Of a stretch of DNA of 64,000 nt, positions 49,089-61,787 are shown in pieces; positions within the stretch are counted from its first letter, which is position 1; each line of letters opens with the position of its first letter. The stretch comes from Auanema rhodensis (lineage: Eukaryota; Animalia; Nematoda). The notes below the pieces were generated by a model. It saw only the letters and a program-made list of their open reading frames with translations. It was not told where the DNA came from and made no database searches. Made by a program: the position numbers and the translations under genes. The stretch spans positions 9,486,001 through 9,550,000 of the forward strand of contig OZ059894.1 of assembly GCA_964057225.1 (NCBI GenBank). The letters run 5' to 3'.

Positions 49089-50617
49089 TTATGGATTATA
49101 ACAAATGTTGGAACTAAAACCAATAGACGTAATTGGTCTTAGTTTAACAGATGATCTCACAAGGCGATCCTGAAATGGCAAAACGATAAGAAATAACTTG
49201 TTTAACGAAAGAAAACTTCTTCATTTCCTTGTTGAAAATCAGTGACGAAAGTTGCGGAAGGAGGGAACATTTTTGAAGATTTGCCAAATGGGTCCTATAG
49301 TAACAAATCCAATCAGAAAATGTGGAGTAATTAAACGAATAGGATTACAAGAAGTATAGTGAGAATCAGATTAATTAAGAGAAATAAACGTTGGAAATGA
49401 ATTATGATATCGTCCTACCTCATTTGATATGCCACAATCTTTTTCTGATATAATGCTGGTCAGAATAAGCATAGATAAGCAGTCACATATGATGACGACT
49501 GAAACAATTTAGTACATGTTTGTCTTTTAAATTTGTACTTTGTATTACCTAGACCATCTGATGGACCAGAACTTATGATTGTCATTAAAAATTTTTTTAT
49601 ATTTGATATGGCCGAGTCAAGATCAAGTTCCTGAATATGGAAATATTTGACATATCATTCTATCTATGAATATATCTGATTATCAATGTAAACGAATTTA
49701 CCTTCGTATGATTTTCCTCCTGATACTCTTCATCAATGCTATAACCTAATTCTTTCAAAGTTTGTGGTGCAATCCAAAACGGCTTCGCAACTCCATTTGT
49801 CGCTAATAGGCTACTTATTCTGATCTTACTAGGCATTTTTCTTAATATTTGTATTTTTAACGATCATTTAACTGTCTACGTACTTCATGGAAAGATACAT
49901 CTGCTGAATAGCATTAGCCGTTTCTAGGCAAGCTAATGATGGAGAAGAATATATCTGATGAATAGGTCGTTTCGTACGTTGCAAGAGCTCTTTGGCAACC
50001 AGTTGCGAACATACATTTCCCATCTAAACATGAAAACAATCAAATATTTTGCCAATTTCGATCTAATCTTACCACACTCAATGGAGGATCAGCTTTGTAA
50101 GCTGCCTTTAGATTAGGCCGTTTTGGAATCTCCACCGGAATATTCTAACAGCAGGGAAAATTACAACTTTTTAACACAGAAGCTTACCAAGTCATAAGGC
50201 AAATAAAAGCTTTTATCTAGTTGACTGTCGTCTATCCACTCGGGAAATACTTCAGCCAATGTTTCTCCGTGTCGAACCAATATTATTTCTTTCCCACTCA
50301 AAGGAATAGTCGGTCCTAATAGCTTAAATAGTATTTATAACCCATAGAAGAATAATTTTTATTATTTTTATTATAGCATTGAACCCCTTTCATTAGATAA
50401 TGGTCTTGGTGGATATTGCTATAGTAAGCTAATAATAGTACTATTAGTGTTTTCAGCAGGTGTTCACATATCTGATCGATTTCAATTCCATTTTGTATTG
50501 AACCATATAATTAATTTTACCATTTACGTTCATTGTTTGAATAATAGTGTTTTCAAATTTTGTTTTATCAAAATTTACCTTGAAAGATCCAATAACTTTA
50601 TCAGATGACGTTTTCAT
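49089..50617 (-). CDS. Histidine phosphatase (PGM/STS-UBASH3-like) family protein, catalytically degenerate; 5' exons uncertain
   Basis: IILVRHGE (50274-50263), YLPYDL|NIPVEIPKR, DPPLSV|MG, IYSSPSLACLETA, GYSIDEEY. Stop at 49091-49089. Confidence 0.8.
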
Positions 50618-50952
50618 TTCAAGGAAGACGAAGATCAACCGGTCACTGTTCTTCCAACTGTTTAAATGCGCTGAGTAGCCAAATCATTCTCACGTTTATT
50701 TTTTGTCTAATTATATCGATTTTTATTTTATTTTACTAAAATAAAAACCTTAATTTTCCTTTTGACAAAAACTTTAAGCTCAAAAACCTAGGGTTAACGA
50801 ACACGCTAAAATGCGTATTTTGCTGTTCACCTAAAATTAAATTTTAGCACGTAGCCTTACAAAGCTTTTTTTGTCCAAGTTTAAAATAAGCTGCTTGTTT
50901 TCAAATCAAAAAATTGTATACAACTTACAGTTTCAAGCAGGGAGTTCAAACC

Positions 50953-53900
50953 ATGTTACATTCTGCAGTTTCTGGGACTGCAAAAATCACAATGTTACTT
51001 CCTAAAACTTCGTATCGAGCTTTATCCACTGGCTTTGCCACTCGTTCGCTTTTAAGGTCGAGAATTACTTACGTGTTTATTTCAATTATATATGCTTTAA
51101 TTTTTTTTTATATTGTTCATATGCATTTTTCAGATCTAAGGTTTGCAGAGTTCCAGTTTGTCGTCGATTCATTGTTACTAGCCTGCGCGCAATGACTAAT
51201 TCTTCCATAATTGCATCCCGACATGATAATATTACTAAGGGTGCCACAGATAAGAGAGAAGTATTTTTGTGATGAATCACTATTTTTTAAAAATTAATTT
51301 TCAGTATCGTGGTTTAGTTTTAACTAATGGTCTCAAAGTACTGCTTATATCTGATCCCAATGCAGATAAATCTGCAGCTGCTATGGATGTAGCAGTAGGT
51401 TAGTTCATAACAAAAAAATAAGTCCAAACTTATCTCTTTAGGACATTTAATGGATCCTTGGGAACTTCCTGGTACAGCACATTTCTGTGAGCATATGCTT
51501 TTTTTAGGAACAGAAAAGTATCCACAAGAAAATGAATATGGAAAAGTGTGTTTCTGGTATTTTACTTATATATTCTTGTTATTTTGAGTTTATAACTTCC
51601 AACGGAGGAGAATCAAATGCATTTACTAGCTCCGATCACACAAATTATCATTTTGATGTAAAACCCACAGAACTATATGTGAGTTCAACATTATAAATAT
51701 TTAATAATATTTTTATTTCCAGGGTGGCTTAGATAGGTTTGTTCAGTTTTTTTTAGGACCTCAGTTTACAGAAAGCGCAACAGAGAGAGAAGTATAATTT
51801 GTGGAAAGTACAATACAAGGGAAATATAATTTACTTTAGGTTTGTGCTGTTGATTCTGAGCATTCCAATTATTTGAATAGTGATTCTTGGCGTATTTTGC
51901 AGATTGATAGGTATGGCCTACAAAGTGTTTAATAATATACTTTTCTTATTTTGCAGATCTTTATGTAGACCTGGTCATGATTATGGAAAGTTTGGTACTG
52001 GTAATAAGGTATTAATATTGCAGTACTTTCTTTTTTTTCTATTAAATAATATTGTCAGAAAACTTTGATGGAGGATGCGCGGAAACAAAACATTGAACCA
52101 AGAGAAGCTCTTTTAAAGTTCCACAAGACGTGGTACAGTTCAAATATGTATGTTTAGTTGCTATTCTTTTATAACTAATGATATGTTTAGTATGAGTTGT
52201 GTAATCGCGGGTAAAGAATCTTTGGATGAGTTGGAGTCATACTTGGGTTCTCTCAATTTCCATGAAATTAAAAACAAAAATGTTGATATGAAGCAATGGG
52301 ACGAGCATCCATATGGCGCTGATCAGTTGAAGAAACGTATTAATGTATAGTTTGTCTTGTAGGACTTTTTCTAATTACATTTTTTTAGATTGTGCCAATT
52401 CAAGACAGCAGAATGTTCAGAATGGTTTTCCCAATTCCAGATACTACCCCTGAGTATAAGTCTAAACCCGCTAATTACATCTGTAGGTTTAGTTACTCAA
52501 TGGAAAACCTAAGATCGAAATTCTAGCTCATCTTATTGGCCATGAAGGTAAAGGATCTCTCTTATCAGAGCTTAAGAGACGTGGATGGGCTAGTTCCCTC
52601 TCAGCTGGAAAAGCTACACTGGGAAGAGGAATGGCAGTTTTCGATATTACTGGAGATTTGAGTCCAGGTTTGAACTGCAAACAGTTTTGTTCTTTACATT
52701 TTGGTTCAGAGGGTTTATCTCATGTTGATGAAATTATTAAGTTACTATTCAATTACATTGCCACCATAAAAGCCACTGGCCCTCAAAAGTTTGTTCAGGA
52801 TGAACTTCGTCAGCTTTCTGAGACCAGATTCCAATACTTGGTTGGTTTTTTTCTTCTTTTCGAATGAGACTTTGCAAATTATAGGATAAACAAAATCCTT
52901 TACCTTATGTCACTCACTTGGCTTCCCACCTTCAACGTAAGCCTTTCGAAGATGTTCTGTCATTCCAATACTTGATTCCTGAATTTAAGCCTGGTACTCA
53001 ATTTTATTGATGATTTTTTCTTTTTATTTAATGATTAAGATTCTATTTCTGAAATTCTTGATCTCTTAAACCCGGATAATATGTTCTGTGAAGTTGTTTC
53101 AAAAACGTTTGAAGGACAAGAAGGCAATACGAATGAACCTATTTATGGAACTGAGATGCGAATTGAGAGTATTCCAGAGGTTTTTCTTAATAACACGAAC
53201 TTTTTCTAATACATAGTTTAAGAATACTCTTGAAAGCTATAGAGAAGCTTTGGCCACAATCAATCCTGTATTCCTTCTTCCAGAGCCAAATATCTATATT
53301 GCTTCTAAGTTCGATCTGAAGGTCGACAAAGAGCTCAGGTTCTAAATAAAATCACTAATTATGCTTTAATTGTTTCAAATTTAGCAAGCATCCAAGAATT
53401 GTGTATCAGGATGACTATACTCGTGTATGGTACAAGGAAGATATGCAGTTCAATGTTCCCAAGTTGTTGACCAGAGTTTGAATTATTCTATAATTCTGTT
53501 AATTTGTTTGAATAATTTCAGATCGTTGTTCATTCCTCTATATATGCTACATCTACTCGTCTCCACATTCTTCAAGCTTTGCACTCTAGTTGTCTCTATG
53601 TATGATGTGTCAAAAGGAATTTTAAATTCACTTGTTTGAATAATTTTAGGATTCCATTAATGGTGAAACATATGATGCTCTTCTAGCGGGTATGAAAGGA
53701 GAAATTAAAATGTTTGACGGAAAAGTTCAGTTCTCAATTTTCGGATATGACGAGAAACAAGCTGTATTTGCTCAAGATCTTGTTAAATACTTCTTGAATT
53801 TCAAATCTGGTATAAAGAAAGCCAATTGTAAAGATCTGATTAAGAATATTCTTTAGATCCTTTGAGATATGATGTTATACGTGAAGCTTTCATTAGAACC

Positions 53901-55321
53901 ATAGAAAATGCCGTTCATTCTCAACCATATCAACATGCTGAATACTGCAACAAGATGCTTATGGCAGATAAATTCTGGACCAATGAGCAGATATTGTCTG
54001 TACTTAACGGTAATTATTAAACTTTCTATAACTTCAAAGCTTCATCATGTTTTTCAGAAATTAGTATTAAGGATGTGAATAACTTTGTTAAAGAACACTT
54101 CGGTGCTTTCCATGTTACTGTCTATGGACATGGAAATGCTAAAGAAGAGGTTAGAAATATGTTCATAAACCCACATTCAGTTCGTTATTACAGGAAATTA
54201 TTGATTTGAGCAAAAATGTAACGAACTTATTCAAAGATGCTATGACTACTCATCGTCCTTTGTACAAAAATGAATTCTTCCGCAATCATGAGATTGCTTT
54301 GGAAAAACGTAAGTTCTCTCAAGTTTGGAATATAATGCATTGTTTTATCTAGAAACTGAGCATGTTTACCATCATTATCAAACAACTCATGATTGTTCTT
54401 GTGTTAGTGTACTCTTTCAAGTTGGGCTTGAGGTGATCATCAGCTCTCGAGTTGTAGAACCGTATACGTTATTTAGATCAACCAAAATTGGGCTGCTGCT
54501 GAACTTCTTGTCCAGCTGTTACGTGAAGCTGCTTTCGTTCAATTGAGAACAACTGAGCAGTTAGGATATATTGTCTGGACCGGAAACAGATTCTCCAATC
54601 GTACCGTCGGACTGGAATTGATTGTTCAAGGACCCAAAGATCCTGCTCACGTTTTAGAACGCATTGATAGCTTTTTGGAAGTTTCAAGGGTACGCCTGTG
54701 TTCAAATCTGGATCTTTATGTGTTATTCAGAAAACTATTGCTGATATGTCTGATGAGGAGTATGCTCAACATGTTGATGGCTTATGTGCTAACATTCTCA
54801 TTAAGCCTAAAACTTTAAATAAGCAAGCTCTTCGTTTCTGGGGAGAAATCAGCAAAGAATTGTATGACTTCGATAGACGTGAGTTGAAGTTCTAAGAGTT
54901 TTGCGATACTGTTTTTTTTGAAGTTGATAACCTTGCGGAGGAAGTTCGAAGCTTGTCCAAAGCTGATATTCTCAAGTTCTTTGATGAGAGAATTGCCGCA
55001 GATGCTCCAAAACGTAGAAAGGTGAATTAAAATCTAAATTTTTGGAAATAAATAATATTTTGGTTTTCAGTTATCAGTATTCGTGCACTCCAATGCTGAT
55101 GAGCCAGGATCCGGCAAAATTGTTCGTGAAGAAGGTAGTGATAAGAAATATCCAGTAAGTGAATGAGCTCTCTTCCTTTCTACATCTGAGAACTATTTCA
55201 GGTTGAGATCGAGAGTCCAGAAGAGTTTAAGACTTTCTTGAGCAGATATGGAATGACTAAGCCAAAACTTGATATCAGTTCAATTGGAATAGATCCCAAG
55301 AATACTTTTAAATCAAAATAG
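50953..55321 (+). CDS. Insulin-degrading enzyme (insulysin, peptidase M16A), many exons
   Basis: [35 protein letters not shown] (HXXEH at 51480-51494), [33 protein letters not shown]. Stop TAG at 55319-55321. Confidence 0.95.
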
Positions 55322-55464
55322 TTTAAAAACTTGATAGTACTTGCAATATGTTTTGTAATATAGTAGACTTGTTATTATTATCTAAAAATTCATACTTTGT
55401 TGAAATTTTGTATTTTTTCGAAAGAAAAAAAAAGACAAAAAATAAAGTTTTCATAAAATTATCT

Positions 55465-58384
55465 TTAACTTGTTGCTTCAAACATTTCATCAAGCTTTGA
55501 CTTTAGTTCCTGTGAGGAGATATGCTCAGGAAATAACTCTAAAGCTTTTGTAATAGCAGCTCGGCTTTCTTGATAATATCCCATCTAAAATATAAAATAT
55601 GTTTAAATATGTATTGTCTTGTTATTACGTCAAAAGATAGGAGAGCTAAGTTGTAATGAGCTTCGAACAAATGTGGATTCTTGGTAATTGCGTTGTGGTA
55701 TAGTGATCGCGCTTGATCCTTTTTGCCTAAAAGTATGGCCGATAGATGATATATCTCTCTTCTTGTTGATTACCAGCTCTCTGAGATAGTATACCTAGGT
55801 TGATCATTGCTTCACCATGATTAGGGTCAGCGGTTAGTGCTAAACGATAACAACGTGTAGCCTGCTTTACGTCACCAGTTTGCTGAAATTGAAAAATAGC
55901 TTTCAGTTGAAATGAAATCTGAGAATACAATCATAATATGTCCTATGTTATACCAAATTTCAGCTGCTACATCATCAGTAGCTAAGGATTGAGCTCTGAA
56001 ATAAGATCACATCATGTGGGAGATCATGATTTTCAAACTTTAAGATCGATGCTATAGCGAAATCATATTGTTGGCATTCGAAGCAACATAAGCCTATGTT
56101 GAGTAGAACTTCAGCGTTGCATATTCCCATTTGCATAATTCGCCTTTAGAAATAATTGAATATCAAAGCTTAACCGAGTTAGATCAAACCTGTAATATCT
56201 TAAAGCTATTTCCGGCTTTTCTCCATAATAGTAGTTTGTTGCTATACAAGCAATGGCTTCAATGTTGTTGGCTTGACAACTAAGAATTTCCTTATATAGA
56301 TTAATCGAGTCATCCAATTCATTCAATTGCTGTAAGGATCATCGACATTCATTGCATGTACATATGTTTATCTGTGATACCTCTTTTACCCGAGCTTTTC
56401 CTGTCAACAATGTTACTTCTCGAGGAAATTGTTCAAGCCCATCGTCAAAATGCTTGATTGCCAGTAAAGGCTGATCGACACGACAAGCAATCTTCAGAAT
56501 ATTTCGTTTTAATTTGTATATTTAATGTAATTACCTTAGCTAAAAATGCATATGTTTCAACTAATTTGATATGCTTCAAAGATGAAAGAAATTGCTTCTC
56601 AGCATCGGAAAACATTCCTAATCTGAAATATCCAGAATGAAAGAGGTGTAACGTTGCTCCAACTAACCTATAGTAGCATTTCCCCAACTGATTTTTCCAG
56701 TACCAATCATTGTAGTCAGCAGCTTTTGTGGCTATTGAGGCTATCTAAACATATGGAATATCTCAATATTGGAATTCAATAAAGAACTTGATGGGCAATC
56801 TTGATATCAGCTTCTAAGTAGAAAACATATTCGAACAGTTGTCTGTTAATCTAAATTTTAAAATGTTATAATCATCAAGTATTGGAATGTAATTGCCTGA
56901 GGATCTGCAGCATATTTATCAACGTTTAATCGAGCTAAGTTCAAAAATGGCCCATCTGATGCGGATGCCATTGATGCTGTACCAAGTCTTAACATTCGTG
57001 CTGAACTACTACTCATTGCCCTAGCTGTTTTAGCTGTTCTACTCGTTCTAACAGCCTAAAGATACATGTTTTTACTCGTTGCTCTTTAATTCAAAATGAC
57101 TTGTTCCATTGTTCCTGGTCTCATAGTAGTTAAAGGTCTAGTAACACCAGATAATGGTCTACCAGCATTTGTCGTTGGTCTAAACATATCTCTGCCTGAT
57201 ATAGCTTTGCCTTTAAAACTACCGAAGTATAGGATTTGCTCCTTTAGCACTTGTTGATGGTCTTTGGAAAGATGTCCCTGGCCTAGCACTTGGAGCAATC
57301 ACGTTCTGATCCAAAAACGTTTCAGCTGGAAATAGATGATAACTCGGAAGAAATCAAAGATTAGCTCTACCAATGCCAATATCTTCATTTTCCAATTCAT
57401 CCACATAGGTTGTTTCCGTTAGACAAGCCATTTTCAAAGCCCATGCTGCCTGAACATTTAATTTTGAAATATAATCTAATAATCTCAGTTTGATCTCAAA
57501 AACGTATTAAAGTCCAAAATTATCATAAAAAACTTGATTACGTGAGAAATGCGTGAAAAACATTGAGTTATTTATACTTTTTGAACTCATTGAACGGTTG
57601 TATTTTTATTTTCGCAATTTTTGTGGATGAAGCTCAGTTGAGCTTTTGTTATTTCAGATGTTCAGCTAAGTTATTATCGTTCCCCAATGGATTTTCACAG
57701 ATATTCTGAACAATGTTATCGTCGCCCACGCTCTCTCTAAGAAACTATTACAACATATTCTGATGATTTTCTGTTGGTTGTGTGTTGGAGGGAAACCCCA
57801 ACACACTCGGTAACAACTGCTTACACTGAGATATAATGAAATTAGAAGAGATATATAGAGACAAGAACCATTGAATACTTAAGTTAATTGGTAAATTGTA
57901 TAGCAGTAACACCTTGTTTAATAGATAAAATATCTTATAAGATGATATTTACCGCATTGTTAGCAATATGACAACGGTTATGCTCATTTGAAATCAAAAG
58001 TAAATAAAGAAAATTGAAAAGGAACAGAAACTTTAAATTGTTTAATGAAGAATCAATTGATTATCAATGTGAAGTGGTGTTCGGAATATGAATCTTACTA
58101 TATAATTTCGAATTATTTATCGAATTTCAGTTTAATATATCTTTAGATTTTGAACTTTAGCATATTTTCTTGGACTAGTAAAAACATTTTGATCATTTTG
58201 TGAATTGCGAAAATAAAAATATTAAGATTGAAAAGTTATAAATACTTACTTGATCCAATGGATTTTTGCTTAACAATTTGGTACACTCATCTTCAGCTTC
58301 TTTAATTTTATTAGCATGAAATAGACGTAAAGCTTTAAAAAATCCTGTGAATTCAAGTTTTTCAGAAGACGTTTGATTATCCAT
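55465..58384 (-). CDS. bbs-8: BBSome TPR subunit BBS8/TTC8
   Basis: LLSKNPLDQ|AAWALK, GRPLSGVTRP, RLGTASMAS, DWYWKNQ|LGKCYYRLGM, NNIEAIACIATNYYY..PEIALRYY, TPR repeats. X-box upstream. Confidence 0.96.
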
Positions 58385-58455
58385 ATAGGAACTGTGTTGA
58401 AAATCAAGGATGAATATGCAGCAAACTCATACGCTTACTAGACAATTGCACACTT

Positions 58456-58469
58456 GTTACCATGGTAAC
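58456..58469. promoter_or_regulatory. X-box (RFX/DAF-19 site) GTTACCATGGTAAC
   Basis: Perfect 14-bp palindrome fitting GTHNYYATRRNAAC, ~72 bp upstream of the bbs-8 ATG, the usual position for ciliary genes. Confidence 0.93.
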
Positions 58470-58939
58470 TGCTACCGGGCACTACATAGGCGTCAGCTAG
58501 CCCAAAAGCTGTTGATCTATGCACATGGCAAACTTGAAATGTTTCCAGATTCTTAACCTTTTCTTTCATCAAATGATAAGATTATTATTGTTTCAAAACA
58601 TTTTGGAATATATTATTTGGTTGTAATGTCTGTATACTCATATAGCTTGACATGTAACACCTTCACTTCGTCATACGTAATGTTGTGAATTATGATTATT
58701 GATCAGTTTATTTGCTCATTATAAAACTATTCGACATACTGCAATTCATTTTATTTATATGTAAACGTATAGAAAGATAAAGATATTACGGTAATTATGT
58801 GAGAGAGGCTGAAGATGTTCTTAGTCAGTTTTGGCTGAATTGGATGGATTTGATGAAAGAGAATCGATGCCAAGGAATATCATCTCTCTAGTATACATTG
58901 AAAACGAGCAAGAGACTACTAGTTATGTCATTCTCACAT

Positions 58940-61787
58940 TTACCAAAGACGTCGGACATACTCTCCGCGGACGTCACGAGGAGTACCGAAGGCAGACATA
59001 CCGGTCTGGTTAGCATGCTTGGCCTCTTCTTGACCGGTCCAGAAGGGAACCTCTGGTCGGCGAGCCATATCAGCTGGTAAGTCTTCGTGAGTGTCGTCAA
59101 CAAAGGCAGTGTAGACCTGTCTTGGCATACCGAATCCGGTCTTTCCGGATTGAGACTCCAAGAAGTTAACTCCCATCTGGTATGGGATCATACCCTGAAA
59201 ATGTATTTTTATTAGGCTGGCTCTCTGTATAATGCTTTACCTGAGAGCGTTGATCTTGGGCTTGAAGGACGGTGACGGTGTTGTTACGGAAAGCTCCAAA
59301 TCCGGTCATACCGGCTTGGTTGGCTCCCTCTCTCCATCCGGAGGTTTGTCTGGAGGTGGATCCTTCATCATGTGGCATCTCTCCTCTGATCTCGTCCTTG
59401 TACCTATAAGTTGAGAGTAGAAAACAAAACTTTTATGTGCTCCGTTACTTGGTGATTTCTCTTCTTGGCATACCAAATCCAGTCATACCGGCTTGGTTAG
59501 CGAATCTGTTGGTTCCCATCTGGAGGTGAACGAATCCTTGAGAGTCACGGTCTTGATCGTTAACCTTGCGGACTAAATGTATCTAATTAGTTTGAAGACT
59601 TCTATGGAAAATGCTTACCATCAACAATACGTGGCATACCAATACCGGTCATACCAGCTTGGGAAGCCAACTTGTTGGTTCCGGATTGAAGGGGGACAAT
59701 TCCGTCAGTGGCGCGAGCCTTCTCTTCTGGAACTTCAGAAGCTCCTCCAGTTCCTCTGGTCTTGTAGTTAACATCACGAGGGCTACCGAATCCTAAGAAA
59801 ACAGTTCAACTGTACATAGCTCTACAGTATTGTTCATACCGGTCTGTCCCTTCTGAGAAGCAAACTTGTTGGTTCCGGATTGGAGCCAAGTGGAAGCCTT
59901 AAGAGATTCGATCTTCTTCTCGTCGGTAAGTTCAGCCAAGTTCTCAGACTTGATTTTGTCGATAACGTCACGGGGAACACCAAATCCTGAAATCAGAAAG
60001 ACTTATATTCGATCATATTTAGAAAAACTATTTTTAAATTTCTTAATTTTCTTTAATAACCCCCATCCCTCAAAAAAAAAACCAATGAGATATAACAGCC
60101 TGCTGTTCCGTAAAGGGGGGTGAAACAACAAAACTTTATGAAACGGATTACGATAAGAATTGTATTCTTTCGTATTGAATAGAGAAGAAACCTTTGAACC
60201 TTTTTTATAAACAGTAAGCATCTATGCTCTTCTTTGAACCTTGATACTTTGTTTCATAACTTCTATTCGTCTCATCTCTTGAAGTAATCAAGCACAAGGT
60301 ATTCAAGCGCATATGATTATAATGAGCAAGAGAGAGAGAGAGAGAAAGAGAAAGAGAGAAGCGTTCTTCCAAAGAAGTTTTCAAAAACGTTATCTCGAAA
60401 TGAAGAAATAAGAGCTTAAAGCGTTCACGTGAAGAATGATATCTTCTTATTTCAGCTGTACTTTGAACTTCAATAAGTAATAGCATGCAAATGAATAGGA
60501 GAAATGCTCCAAGTTTGATTCAAGTTGATGAGTGAATATTCACATGCCACGTAATTCTGTACATCTGATTTACATTCAAAACTTACACGATAGTTCTGCT
60601 TGAAGTTTCTAAGTACTTTGTACCCGGAGCTTCAATACAAGCTCCTACCGAGTGCCTCCTGTCCATCTAAGACACTAGTTAATCCTTTTATCGTATTGTT
60701 TTCATTGAAATTATAAAAGACTTTGACCCGCTCAAGTTTTTTGTGTTTTCTGATTAATTGTATGAGATTGTTTGCCACTGATTTTAAGTTTTACTTAAAA
60801 CGACACAACATACCGGTCATTCCTCTCTGAGAAGCATACTTGTTGGAACCAGCTTGAATAGGAATGATTCCCTCGGATCTCATGAGCTTGTTCTTGTCAT
60901 GCTTGGAAGGCTTTCCAGCAGAGTATTGGAGCTGCCTGAAAAAGAAAAAAATCTACATATTCATCTCATGTCAGTCTGTTCGTACTTTCTGAGGACAGAT
61001 TGTGGGATAGAGATGACGGGCTGTCTTCCTGGAGTAGGACTCTTAAGAGCTGGTGCTGGTGGAGCCTTACGCTCTGGCTCATCAGCTGGAGCTGGAGCAG
61101 CCTCTTCTGGCTCTTCAGCTTCCTCCTGTTCTTCCTCCTAAAAACATCATCTCATTCACATCACATCTCAAACTGTTCAGTAAAAGTCGTCTAAAAGCTC
61201 AATCTGTTCCGAATTTTATTTTTTCAAGTTTTCAAGCATGCTAGGCAACTATTTTTCTTCCTTGAATTCATCTAGACGTTGGTGGCAAAACGGCTGACGC
61301 TTTTCTTACATTATTACAACGGCACCACAATGAATGTGAGGGAGGCAGAGATACGGCTGTGACTGGCAGCTTTTACAGCTTTAAACCAAAAGAATCATTG
61401 AAGAATATAAGAAATCAGTTATTTATTGATTTACAAGTAACATTTAACATTTGCCAAACGAATTACCGCAAAAGTTTGAGAAAAATGCCGTTTCAATCTC
61501 GAAAGTTCGGATGCAACCCGAGCCTCGTAAGAAAGTAAAATATCACTAAAATCAAACGATTCTAAGAATAAATGCTAAATCATATAGACTCGTCCACGAA
61601 TTCTCGGAATTTTTAGAGAATATAGCAACCGAAATAGAAAACCCGTAACAGAATAGCTAATAGGCAACACCAAAAATGGAAAAATGAATGAAAAACATAG
61701 AAAACGAACCTCTGGAGCCTCATTCTCGTCTTGTGGCTCTTCCTCCTCCTCCTCCTCGATGTATTCCTCGTCTTCAACGTCAGACAT
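58940..61787 (-). CDS. clik-2: Calponin-like (CLIK) repeat actin-binding protein, UNC-87 family, 7 repeats, acidic N-terminus
   Basis: MSDVEDEEYIEEE..., then repeats IIPIQAGSNKYASQRGMTGFGVPRD, STWLQSGTNKFASQKGQTGFGSPRD, IVPLQSGTNKLASQAGMTGIGMPRI and four more. Ends VRRLW*. The paralog symbol is tentative. Confidence 0.88.
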
